64,000 bases of DNA from a virus, in IMG/VR virus record IMGVR_UViG_3300021406_000012, positions 1-64,000 of that record; one strand, given 5' to 3'. The notes below the pieces were generated by a model. It worked only from the letters and a program-made list of their open reading frames with translations, was not told the DNA's origin and searched no databases. This document shows, one piece after another, positions 55,935-64,000 of this stretch. Both the position numbers and the translations under genes were made by a program. Position 1 is the stretch's first letter; the number at the start of each line of letters is the position of its first letter.

Positions 55935-56624
55935 ATGGCAAGAGGACGACAGCTAGTCTGGATCACTCCAGTGCATTTTGATCATCAGGGACGTCCGGTC
56001 GACCCGGACTATGGCATTGATGAGGGCGGGCATCCCGACCAGGGGCTTCCCGGCGGATTCCCCGGCTTCCCCGACCGCCCGGGGCATCTTCCCTCGCGTC
56101 CTGGGCGTCCGATCGATCCTGGCTTTGGCTGGGGCGGCGGCGAGCATCCCGGCAATCGGCCTCCGGGTTCGTGGGGCGGTCGCCCTGTCGACCCCGGCTA
56201 CGGCGTCGAGGGCGGCGGCGAGGCGGGTCACCTCCCTGTCTTCCCGGTCGATCCCGAGCACCCTGAAGTGATGCCCCCGATGGTGCCCCCGGGCATTCCG
56301 GAGCTGCCCCCGGGCTCGATCTGGCCGCCGTTGCCGCCCAGCATTCCTCCCGGCAAGGCGGTTGTGGCGATCTATATTTCCGGCGTCGGCTCGCGCTGGG
56401 CGGTGGTCGATATTCCGGAGCGACCAGAGGGTCCGGAAGTCGAACCGCCGGAGGGCGGCGAGTATCCCGACCAAGGGTTGCCCGGTGGCGGACGGCCTAC
56501 TCGGCCGCCCGCTCGGCCCCCGACCGCCGGCCAGCCCCTGCCCCCGACCCGGCCTGGGATTCCGCCGCGTCCAGGCCAGGGCTTGCCTCCGACCCCGCCT
56601 CAGAGGCCGGAGCCAAAGCGGTAA
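55935..56624 (+). CDS. Pro/Gly-rich repeat protein
   Basis: AAAGGAG SD; RP(V/I)DP(D/G)(Y/F)G x3, PDQGLP x2. Confidence 0.75.
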   Translation: MARGRQLVWITPVHFDHQGRPVDPDYGIDEGGHPDQGLPGGFPGFPDRPGHLPSRPGRPIDPGFGWGGGEHPGNRPPGSWGGRPVDPGYGVEGGGEAGHLPVFPVDPEHPEVMPPMVPPGIPELPPGSIWPPLPPSIPPGKAVVAIYISGVGSRWAVVDIPERPEGPEVEPPEGGEYPDQGLPGGGRPTRPPARPPTAGQPLPPTRPGIPPRPGQGLPPTPPQRPEPKR

Positions 56625-56827
56625 AAGACGCCGAATCGCTGAGGTCTCTCGCGCAGAGGCGGTAGGCGATTAAAGCGGCGGCGGCGCGTTCCTCCCACGG
56701 CGCCGTCGCTGCCGACTTTTTTTCGTCGAAATTGCGACGGATTTGGCGCCCCGTGCGAGTGAGTGTTATCAAACTGTGTTTGTAGAGTTGTAGGGGGGAC
56801 CTACAGCTCAAAACATGGGATGATGTA

Positions 56828-57484
56828 ATGCACAAGCTTCTTTTGTCCGCCGCGATGCTCGCTGCGATCGGCGTTTCGCCCGCTCATGCGACGCTGCAAA
56901 TCGAGATCTTCGATAATGGGACGCTGATCGACAACGTCACGGGGATCACCACGGGCGCGGCGAGCCTCACCACCAACGACGCCAACTTCGCCAACATCAC
57001 CATCAACGCGCAGGGCTCACCCATCCTGCCCAATGCGGACCTGTCCAGCGTCACGCTCGACGCCACCGCCTCGGCCGGCTTCACGGGTTCGCACGAACTG
57101 ACGTTCGATGTCATTCAAAGCGCCGTGGCTGGGACCGGGAACACGCAATCGACCTTCACGGTCAACGGGCTGGTCAACGATCCTGGCCCGACGACCGAAT
57201 CGACCTTCGCCAATGGAGCGCTGCTCGCTACGCACACGTTCCCTGTCGGGCTGCTTGACGGCTCTTTTGGGCCGGTCTCGGCAGCGACTGGTGCATTCAC
57301 CGAGGATGAAATCCAATTCGCCGTCGACTTCACGGCAGCGCGGCAATCGTTCGGCGGTTCGGCCCAGCTAACGACTAGCATTCCAGAGACGAAGACCTGG
57401 GCGATGATGCTGCTCGGCTTCGGCCTGATGGCGTTCCTTGGTGTCAGGAAGTCCCGCAAGGACAGGTTGGCCGCATTCGCATAG
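56828..57484 (+). CDS. Secreted PEP-CTERM (PEPxxWA-type) protein
   Basis: Signal peptide ...SPAHA; C-terminal IPETKTWAMMLLGFGLMAFLGVRKSRK. Confidence 0.85.
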   Translation: MHKLLLSAAMLAAIGVSPAHATLQIEIFDNGTLIDNVTGITTGAASLTTNDANFANITINAQGSPILPNADLSSVTLDATASAGFTGSHELTFDVIQSAVAGTGNTQSTFTVNGLVNDPGPTTESTFANGALLATHTFPVGLLDGSFGPVSAATGAFTEDEIQFAVDFTAARQSFGGSAQLTTSIPETKTWAMMLLGFGLMAFLGVRKSRKDRLAAFA

Positions 57485-57595
57485 GGGCGGGCGTAGGGCT
57501 GGGGCTTTTTCAACGAAATTTATCAATTCCGGACGCTCTATTTGCGTCCGGATTCCGGGGCGACGGCTTCGCCCATTAAAGGCATGGGTGACAAT

Positions 57596-57886
57596 ATGAA
57601 GCGCATTTTGTTTGCTACGGTTGCTTTCTTGGCTCTCGGCGCATCGGCTTATGCCGGTTCGGCAGCGGTCGGCGCGGCCACGTCCACGTCGAGCGTCGTC
57701 ACGGTCGGCCGTGGCGCCGGTTCGGCCTCGAACGCCTCGATCGGCGCAGGCCTTGGTATCTCCACCCCGCACGTCAGCGTTGGCGTCGGCGCAGCGACCA
57801 CCAACTCGGCGGGCGCGAGCGTTGGCCATGCCGCTACGTTCACCAGCGGTTCGGCGCTCGGCACGGGCCTCGCGGGCACGTTCTGA
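57596..57886 (+). CDS. Secreted small Ala/Gly/Ser/Thr-rich repeat protein
   Basis: MKRILFATVAFLALGASAYA signal peptide. Confidence 0.75.
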   Translation: MKRILFATVAFLALGASAYAGSAAVGAATSTSSVVTVGRGAGSASNASIGAGLGISTPHVSVGVGAATTNSAGASVGHAATFTSGSALGTGLAGTF

Positions 57887-57901
57887 TCATCTGAGGTTTG
57901 C

Positions 57902-57943
57902 AACCCCCGCTCCAACGACAGGGGCGGGGGTTCTTCTCTTTTT
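57902..57943 (+). terminator. Rho-independent terminator-like hairpin
   Basis: AACCCCCGC..GCGGGGGTT followed by CTTCTCTTTTT. Confidence 0.55.
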
Positions 57944-57957
57944 CGGAGGAAGCTCAC

Positions 57958-58311
57958 ATGAAGCGCGCGACCGCATTTCTCATTTCGACGGTGCTCGCGT
58001 CAGCAGCTTACGCTGGCACGACGCTGCCTAAGCCTCCCACCGCGCCCACGGCTGCGGGGATGGGCGTCACGACCAGCATCGGCGGCGGCACTGCCGTCAG
58101 TCACAACAAGGGCGCGTCCATCTCCACCTCGGCGGGCGCCGGCAACCCATCGGCGACAGCGGCTGGGTCTTCGGCGGCGGGCACCCCTGGCTATGGGACG
58201 AGCCACGCAGCCGCAGCGGCGCTGACGGCGGCAACGGGCACAGACGGCAGCGGCGCAGCCGCAGCGGTTGGGGCTGGCAACGTCAGCAACCAAGCGGTGA
58301 CCAACCCTTAA
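57958..58311 (+). CDS. Secreted small Ala/Gly/Thr-rich protein
   Basis: MKRATAFLISTVLASAAYA signal peptide. Confidence 0.75.
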   Translation: MKRATAFLISTVLASAAYAGTTLPKPPTAPTAAGMGVTTSIGGGTAVSHNKGASISTSAGAGNPSATAAGSSAAGTPGYGTSHAAAAALTAATGTDGSGAAAAVGAGNVSNQAVTNP

Positions 58312-58322
58312 GGGAGGCGACA

Positions 58323-58676
58323 ATGAAGCTTTTCATTTTGCCAGCTGTCGCCGTCCTGCTCGCGACCAGCGCTTATGCGCAGGACAAATCCATCGTCCTG
58401 CCTGACGGCAGCACTCTCAGCATCGACAAATCGCCGGGAGAGATCACCGTGTCGAAAGAAGGCGAGCATCTGTCGTGGTCGCACACTGTGAGCCACAACG
58501 GCTCAGTGTCGGCCGCCGCTAACGCATCGGCGACCGGCACGAATTTCGCCTATGCGCGGGCCAGCGCGACTACCAGCGCGAAGGAAAACGCCAACGGAAA
58601 GTCCATCGACATCGCCCGCGCCCGTGCGGTGGCGATTGGCAATTTGACATCGTCGACCTCGGCGACGACCAAGTAG
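58323..58676 (+). CDS. Secreted small Ala/Ser-rich protein
   Basis: MKLFILPAVAVLLATSAYA signal peptide; GGAGG SD. Confidence 0.75.
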   Translation: MKLFILPAVAVLLATSAYAQDKSIVLPDGSTLSIDKSPGEITVSKEGEHLSWSHTVSHNGSVSAAANASATGTNFAYARASATTSAKENANGKSIDIARARAVAIGNLTSSTSATTK

Positions 58677-58696
58677 TTCTATGACGGGGGAAAGCC

Positions 58697-59443
58697 ATGC
58701 ATACGGCGGCCCGGTATTCTCTAGCGTTGGCAGGGCCGATGCTGGTGATGCTGTGGTTCGTCGAAACGCTGGCTGACCCCGTCCCTGGCCGCATCCACCG
58801 GATCGCCGAAGACGCTGACTATTTCGTTTCATCGGTCACTGAGGCGGTTAAAGCGATTTACGGCATGCCTTGGCCGCCGGGTAAGAAGCCGCCACATCGT
58901 CCTGTCTCGAAGAAGGTGCGCGAAGTGCGCCGTCCGCTGAACTTGGGCGGGCCGATCAACCAGACGAGCACCGACGAGTTCCACAAGGTCGGACCTGATT
59001 CGATCATCAATCCCTGCTACGCCTGCAACACCACCGAGCCGCCGCTGCCGTCGTTCTTTTCCGTCTCGGGAGGCGGCGGTGGCTCATCAGGCGGCGGCGG
59101 AACGCAGGACCCGACCACGCCTTGCATGACGGCGCTAGCGGGGGATGGTTCGTGCCCGACGCCGTGCGAGCCGAACGATCTGCTGTGCGACCAGAATAAG
59201 GAAGACACCGCAGCTGGCGCTCTGTCGCCGTCGCTGGAGAAGCTCCTCGATCATGGCGCCCCGGGCGTCGGCGACCCGCCCCACATTGGCGGGTTCTCGG
59301 GAGGCGGCGGAGGCGGCGGCGCAGGAGGCAGCGGCACTATCCCCGAGCCGTCCACATGGGTGATGCTGATCTTTGGCTTTGGGCTGATGGCATGGATGAG
59401 TCGACGCTCCATCGCGCGGCGGGCTTCTTCGTCAATGGACTGA
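58697..59443 (+). CDS. PEP-CTERM protein
   Basis: C-terminal IPEPSTWVMLIFGFGLMAWMSRR; N-terminal hydrophobic segment. Confidence 0.85.
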   Translation: MHTAARYSLALAGPMLVMLWFVETLADPVPGRIHRIAEDADYFVSSVTEAVKAIYGMPWPPGKKPPHRPVSKKVREVRRPLNLGGPINQTSTDEFHKVGPDSIINPCYACNTTEPPLPSFFSVSGGGGGSSGGGGTQDPTTPCMTALAGDGSCPTPCEPNDLLCDQNKEDTAAGALSPSLEKLLDHGAPGVGDPPHIGGFSGGGGGGGAGGSGTIPEPSTWVMLIFGFGLMAWMSRRSIARRASSSMD

Positions 59444-59644
59444 TCGCGCTCGCGCTCAGCATGCTGATCTGGAGATTGACCGGCAACGTCTTGGGCTGGG
59501 CCGTGCTGTTCGGCCCAGGCACCGCGCTCGTGATCCGGGGCATTGTCTTGCTGGTTCTCTGATCGTTCTCGAAGAACGAATCGCGACCGTCATCGGACTA
59601 TGGCATAAGTGAGTTGGGCTAGCCGTTCGGCAATGGGGGAACCC

Positions 59645-60301
59645 ATGCCGTATGATCGTAAGCACTTCTTCGACACTGTCCGAAAGGATCTCTTTCGCGG
59701 CAACCTGACCCAGTCTCAGGTAGATGGCCAAAATTTTTTATTGGAGGTGTGGGAGAAGCACTTCGAGGCGGCCAATCCCCGCGACGGCACCAACTGGCTG
59801 GCCTACGCGCTGGCGACTTTCTTTCACGAAACGGCTGAGACAATGCAGCCGATCGAGGAATACGGCAAAGGCTCCGGCAAGAGCTACGGCCAGCCGGCGG
59901 GGCCGCATGGCCAGCGATATTACGGGCGCGGCCATGTGCAGCTCACCTGGGAAGAGAACTACAAGAACGGCCAGAAATTCCTCAAGGACCGCTACGGCGT
60001 CCACGCCAATATCCATCCCGAAGCGCACCTGATGCTCCACTCCCAGACCTCGGCCCTGGTCAGCTTCGATGGCATGGTGAATGGCTGGTTCACCGGCGTC
60101 GGCTTGCCGAAGTATTTCAACGCCTCGACTGAAGATCCGCAGCAAGCGCGCCGGATCGTCAACGGCACGGACAAGATGGACCTGATTGCCGGCTATTACT
60201 GGAAGTTCAAGAAGGCGCTGAAACAGGTGCCTGCGACGACAATGGTCGAGGCGGAATTGCCTGGGCTCCCCGAGGCTCCGCCGATGCCAGAGCCGACATG
60301 A
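59645..60301 (+). CDS. Endolysin, glycoside hydrolase family 19-like
   Basis: AYALAT..HET..TMQPIEEYG, YYGRGHVQLTWEENY, ARRIVNGTD. Confidence 0.88.
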   Translation: MPYDRKHFFDTVRKDLFRGNLTQSQVDGQNFLLEVWEKHFEAANPRDGTNWLAYALATFFHETAETMQPIEEYGKGSGKSYGQPAGPHGQRYYGRGHVQLTWEENYKNGQKFLKDRYGVHANIHPEAHLMLHSQTSALVSFDGMVNGWFTGVGLPKYFNASTEDPQQARRIVNGTDKMDLIAGYYWKFKKALKQVPATTMVEAELPGLPEAPPMPEPT

Positions 60302-60606
60302 CCCCCAGCGACGTCGTCCAAGCGCCTCCAATCCCGAAGCTGGTCCCCTATCCTGGGGCGATCAGCATTGCGCTGCTCATCGTTTTTTCGACGGCCTTGA
60401 TCTTTGTCATCGGCAAGTACGATCCGACCGGCGGGCCGCTCTCGATCTCGATTCTGGTCGTGCTCTCATTTATCGGGGTGGCGGTTTTTTGCTTGTTCTT
60501 CACCATCCCGAACGATGAGATTACGAGCGGCGTGATTGGCGGCCTGATCGCATCATTCGGCGCGGTGGTCGCCCACTGGCTGGGGAGAAAGGACAGCCCC
60601 AAATGA
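60298..60606 (+). CDS. Putative holin (3 TM)
   Basis: Three hydrophobic helices, GGL.A.FG.VV.HWLG, adjacent to endolysin. Confidence 0.65.
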   Translation: MTPSDVVQAPPIPKLVPYPGAISIALLIVFSTALIFVIGKYDPTGGPLSISILVVLSFIGVAVFCLFFTIPNDEITSGVIGGLIASFGAVVAHWLGRKDSPK

Positions 60607-60785
60607 GCCTCGGAACCATCCTCATCATCATCCTGATCGTGATTCTGATTGGAGGCGTCGGCCCGCGCTTCTACTCCGGCGCGCCCTGGCAACCGGGCTA
60701 CGGCTTCGGCAACGGCGGCATCGGCCTCGTCGGCGTCCTGCTGATCATCGTCGTCGTCTTGCTGCTGACAGGCAGGCTAGGCTAG
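60603..60785 (+). CDS. DUF3309-like small membrane protein
   Basis: MSLGTILIIILIVILIGG...GYG...GG.GL..LIIVVVLLLTGRL. Confidence 0.7.
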   Translation: MSLGTILIIILIVILIGGVGPRFYSGAPWQPGYGFGNGGIGLVGVLLIIVVVLLLTGRLG

Positions 60786-61004
60786 TTTCGATCCACGCCC
60801 CTTCTGCGGGGCGACTCGGTTTTAAAAGAGGGAGACCGCGCTTCCGTAGGAGGTAAAAATCTATTGAAGGCGGTCTCCCGAAGTGCCCCCAGGCGAGGCG
60901 GCGCCGGGGGCAAACCGGGTTGTGGGACCCGGCTCAATTCGCGTGTAACGCAAATTTGAACAATTTGCACGTTCTGTTTTCGCGTTAGGCCTGGGGAAAT
61001 TTAC

Positions 61005-61367
61005 CTACGACAGCTCGATCAACTGCTCAGCGATGGCGTAGGCCGTGTCCGCGTCCTTCGTCGACCAGTCGCTGATCGGGCTCTCGCCCCGCCGATGGAT
61101 CGCCAGCGCGACCATGAGAATGGCGTCGCGCCGCGCCTCGGAGCGCTTCTTGGCGTTGCCGTTGGCGGCGGCGGCGATGCCGTGGTCTGCGTCGCCCAGG
61201 ATCTCCTTTTCGCTCGGCGGGATGGCGCCGAGCATGCGCTTGAAGGCGGGGATCTCGCGCGTGGGCTCGCGCGTCGGGGTCGCGGGGATGCCGACGCCGG
61301 CGCCGGCGCGAACCTCGGCTTGTCCTTCGATGGTGGGTCGCCACGTCTGGTTCAACTCGTCATTCAT
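61005..61367 (-). CDS. Hypothetical protein
   Basis: Coupled minus-strand operon end. Confidence 0.6.
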   Translation of the reverse strand: MNDELNQTWRPTIEGQAEVRAGAGVGIPATPTREPTREIPAFKRMLGAIPPSEKEILGDADHGIAAAANGNAKKRSEARRDAILMVALAIHRRGESPISDWSTKDADTAYAIAEQLIELS

Positions 61368-61639
61368 TTCAGTTGCTCCTTTAGCTTGTTGAGGCCCCTG
61401 GCCCGGTCAGGGTCTTCGGCGGGCGGCTCGTCATCGAGCTTCCAAGTCGGCGGCAGCTTGACGATCTCGACCTTCCAGTCGTGGTCTTGCTCCTCGGCCC
61501 GATGGACGAGGGGCTGCGGCGCATAGGCGGTGAAGCAGCGTTGCGGAAAAGGGTAGTGCCAGATGCTGTGCATGCGACATGCGGCGGCCGGGTCCGTCGC
61601 CAGTGTGATGGCGATCACAGCCAGGGCCGCGCGCCTCAT
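61364..61639 (-). CDS. Hypothetical secreted protein
   Basis: Signal-like N-terminus; CRMHSIWHYPFPQRC. Confidence 0.55.
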   Translation of the reverse strand: MRRAALAVIAITLATDPAAACRMHSIWHYPFPQRCFTAYAPQPLVHRAEEQDHDWKVEIVKLPPTWKLDDEPPAEDPDRARGLNKLKEQLK

Positions 61640-62166
61640 GCTCCACCTAGAACTTCGAGAACCTGGGCGAACGAATGATTCCCCTCTTGCACATTGCCGT
61701 GCGTCTTCTCCAGCCACTCGCCCGTGTCCATCATGTACGGGGGGATCAGCACGAGGTCGCTGCCGTCGTTCTTGACGCGGACGAGGCCGACGAATCCGGT
61801 GCGCCGGATCAGCCACGCCCGCAGCGCGGGATCGCGATGGGCGTCAGGAAATTTCGGATCAACCCAGATCTGGACGGCGGGGATTTTGATCTCGCCGAGC
61901 TTGGGGTCCTGTGCCGTGACGAAGTCGGGCATGACATCGATTACATAGCCGGATCGATCCGGGCGGCGCAGATCGCCCGTGTCTTCGCCTTGCAGCCAAA
62001 TGCAATTCCATAGGCCGCACTCCCACGGAAACCCTTTCTCGGGCTTGTGATAGACTTGGCAGCCTGAGTGGCGCTGGAATTTGCAGCGCGTGTTCGCTGG
62101 CTTGTTGACGCCCTTTACGGGCAACAATCGACAGCACAACGAACATGATCCGCATGTTCTGTTCAT
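61636..62166 (-). CDS. YkgJ-like CxxCxxCC Fe-S/Zn protein
   Basis: RTCGSCSLCC...KP...C...GC.VY...C....C.WL...RPD. Confidence 0.75.
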   Translation of the reverse strand: MNRTCGSCSLCCRLLPVKGVNKPANTRCKFQRHSGCQVYHKPEKGFPWECGLWNCIWLQGEDTGDLRRPDRSGYVIDVMPDFVTAQDPKLGEIKIPAVQIWVDPKFPDAHRDPALRAWLIRRTGFVGLVRVKNDGSDLVLIPPYMMDTGEWLEKTHGNVQEGNHSFAQVLEVLGGA

Positions 62167-62206
62167 CGACTCATCCTTCTTGAGGGCTAGGCGCGCCCCC
62201 GGTAGC

Positions 62207-62731
62207 TCACTCGCTGATATCGCCGAGCATGACGCCGCGAAAGGCGTCGTGGCGCGCTGGGACGCAATTGCAGAAGTCGAGCATCGGCATGATCTGCTGA
62301 GCCTCCATCATAGCCTGCGGCGCCTGCGAGTTCAGCGCGTTCATCAATCGCCGCTGCGTCGCCTCATCCATCTGTCTGGCGACCAGAGGCCTACCCACGC
62401 CCACCGTCAGAGGCCCGCCGGCCCCGCCGCCAGTGACCATGATCTGCGGCGGCATTTCGGTGATGTACCGCCGCGCCAAGAGATCGCGCTCCAGGCGATG
62501 GCGCATCTCCTGCGCATGAATCTGGGCTTGAAGCCGCCTGTTCTCGTCGAGCAGCTCATCGACCCGGCGTTCCTCGTCGAGTAGCTCATCGACTCGGCGT
62601 TCCAGCGCATCGATCCTCGCATCGTACTCGGCGAGACTGAGCGTCGGCTCTGGCTCCGGGTCCGGTCTCGGCCCCTCAAACCGGGCGAGTATCGCGGTCG
62701 AAACGAACGCGAGCATGTCTGTGAGTGTCAT
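62207..62731 (-). CDS. Coiled-coil hypothetical protein
   Basis: ERRVDELLDE duplicated; C-terminal FCNCVPARH. Confidence 0.6.
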   Translation of the reverse strand: MTLTDMLAFVSTAILARFEGPRPDPEPEPTLSLAEYDARIDALERRVDELLDEERRVDELLDENRRLQAQIHAQEMRHRLERDLLARRYITEMPPQIMVTGGGAGGPLTVGVGRPLVARQMDEATQRRLMNALNSQAPQAMMEAQQIMPMLDFCNCVPARHDAFRGVMLGDISE

Positions 62732-62988
62732 TAGGCCTCTCCCTCTTCAAACAGATCCATCGTCTGCGGGACGACGAACTTCGACTTCACGCCTAGCGCA
62801 TCGAACTCGTTCCATTCCAGGCGCATGAAGGCATCTCCGGCAGGCTCGCCTCGCGCCTTGGGGATCGTGCAATAGGCCTGAATCCCCCAGCTCTTCACCG
62901 TATTGACCACGAGGATACAGCGGAACCAGTGCGCCGGTCCGTCCTCGTTAACTTGAATCAGGTCACCTTCCGAAACCTCTTTGCGCAT
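62731..62988 (-). CDS. Hypothetical protein
   Basis: GD.IQV...C...V..VKSWGIQAY. Confidence 0.65.
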   Translation of the reverse strand: MRKEVSEGDLIQVNEDGPAHWFRCILVVNTVKSWGIQAYCTIPKARGEPAGDAFMRLEWNEFDALGVKSKFVVPQTMDLFEEGEA

Positions 62989-63190
62989 TGGGCGCGTCCT
63001 TCAGCTGTCGTTCCTCCAGCGCGTCGAGCCGCGCTATCAGCCATCCAATCTCCCGGCGATATTCCCGGATCGCGTTCAGCGTTAGGGTGACGTTCTTCTT
63101 CGTCTTGAGCGCGTACCAAGCGCCGAGCCCTACGGCGATCAGGATCACGATCTGCATCACGGCAGTGGCGAGTTGGAGCCACGCGATCAT
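62963..63190 (-). CDS. Small membrane protein
   Basis: TM N-terminus. Confidence 0.5.
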   Translation of the reverse strand: MIAWLQLATAVMQIVILIAVGLGAWYALKTKKNVTLTLNAIREYRREIGWLIARLDALEERQLKDAPNAQRGFGR

Positions 63191-63399
63191 TGGATCGACT
63201 CGATCCATCGGATGACCGCAGGCGAATCATCGCTCATGGCGTGCATTGTACCGGCCAAGATCTGAGCGTGGTGGACCTTCATGTCCTGCCGGCGGTTGAC
63301 CTCGATGCCGATCAGGCTGACCGCGTGCTGGAGATCCCCGGCGCGCGCCAGCTCCAAGGCGCGCCTCTTCAGATCGGCGAGCCACTCCTCCTTGGTCAC
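63187..63399 (-). CDS. Hypothetical protein
   Basis: E.L..LK.RALE...GDL..AV; GTGA coupling. Confidence 0.6.
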   Translation of the reverse strand: MTKEEWLADLKRRALELARAGDLQHAVSLIGIEVNRRQDMKVHHAQILAGTMHAMSDDSPAVIRWIESIQ

Positions 63400-64000
63400 C
63401 GCGCGCCCACCTTGTCGGCGACGTTGCGCCATGCCTTGAGCTGGGCCAGGGAGATCCGCGCCATTTCATCTGGGGGTAATTCGTTTACCCACCGCTCCAG
63501 CTCGGGACGGCCTTTCTTGGCCATGTCCGCGCCGCGCTCTTCGACCGGCGGCGTCAGGAGATCGGGGGCGGAACCACCGGGAGCCGGCGCGGGGGTTTGC
63601 GATGCTCCCGGTGGCGCCTGTGAGCCGGGAGAGTGGCGCCCTTCCGGCTCTGGCGGCGCGCGGTGCGAAGGCGCGCCATCCGGGGCGGGGGGGATCTCCG
63701 CCCTGGATTCGAGAGGTTGCGCGGCCCCCTCGTCTCCGGCGCCTACTCCGGAGATGTCATGGGGGGCCGCGCGTTCCTGCGACAGGGGAGTCGACACCCG
63801 GTCAGCAGAACCAAATTCACCAGTCTCGGGATCGACTCCGACGAGAAGCTCTAGGCGGTCATCGAGTACGCTCGGCGCTTGAATACGGTCGGCGCGATCT
63901 CGCTCGACATTATATAGCTCATCGTCGCGCGATAACAAACCCATGATGTCGCTGGACATCGGCAGCTGCTTGGCGTGCCTCCTCGCGATCGTCTTTTTCG
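63396..64000 (-). CDS. recT: RecT-like single-strand annealing recombinase (C-terminal part)
   Basis: Frame at window edge reads KKTIARRHAKQLPMSSDI, the RecT C-terminal motif; VDPETGE tail. Confidence 0.7.
   Translation of the reverse strand, partial: KKTIARRHAKQLPMSSDIMGLLSRDDELYNVERDRADRIQAPSVLDDRLELLVGVDPETGEFGSADRVSTPLSQERAAPHDISGVGAGDEGAAQPLESRAEIPPAPDGAPSHRAPPEPEGRHSPGSQAPPGASQTPAPAPGGSAPDLLTPPVEERGADMAKKGRPELERWVNELPPDEMARISLAQLKAWRNVADKVGAR

Noticed and set aside
59083-59090. CTCATCAG (reverse hammerhead core CTGATGAG)
   Set aside because: Lies inside a Gly/Ser-coding stretch with no matching GAAA or stems.
60267-60278. 12-nt match (TCCCCGAGGCTC) to the predicted target of guide unit 2
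   Set aside because: Only the central 12 of 18 nt match, in GC-rich DNA; not distinguishable from chance by eye.
237-63946. Numerous long antisense or alternate-frame ORFs in the track
   Set aside because: Expected shadow ORFs in high-GC DNA overlapping well-supported genes.
1-64000. CRISPR array, tRNA or rRNA genes
   Set aside because: No regularly spaced 25-45 nt repeats or cloverleaf sequences were seen.

Overview
A 64-kb segment of a GC-rich tailed dsDNA phage, probably a podovirus. The host is inferred to be an alphaproteobacterium from the PEPxxWA-CTERM and DUF3309 genes and the promoter style. Layout: (1) 1-6.7 kb, minus-strand early/host-takeover operon (SNF2/HARP helicase, ArdC, many small ORFs); (2) 6.8-8.9 kb, control/packaging region with phased repeats and an HNH gene; (3) 9.1-54 kb, plus-strand packaging, head, tail and ejection genes (TerS, TerL, portal, GroES, scaffold, MCP, fibres, nozzle, GNAT, 2111-aa ejection protein) with inserted accessory cassettes; (4) 54-60.8 kb, accessory secreted/PEP-CTERM proteins and the lysis cassette; (5) 61-64 kb, end of a minus-strand operon (RecT). 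The strongest non-coding signals are: four stem-loop TIGR-like guide RNA units (stem-CCA-N9-TGATGCCCA-N9-TG-stem) dispersed antisense in late-gene spacers, with no Tas/Nop protein visible in the window; three type II hammerhead ribozymes punctuating the early operon; a TTGCA-N5-TGCAA operator shared by early and guide-RNA promoters; and a conserved GGAGTCGAA start-associated motif. Protein-level highlights are an Acb2/Tad1-like sponge in the head module and a recurrent [RKFY]-x-x-GG motif across many virion proteins. All family assignments are by eye from motifs; no database searches were run.
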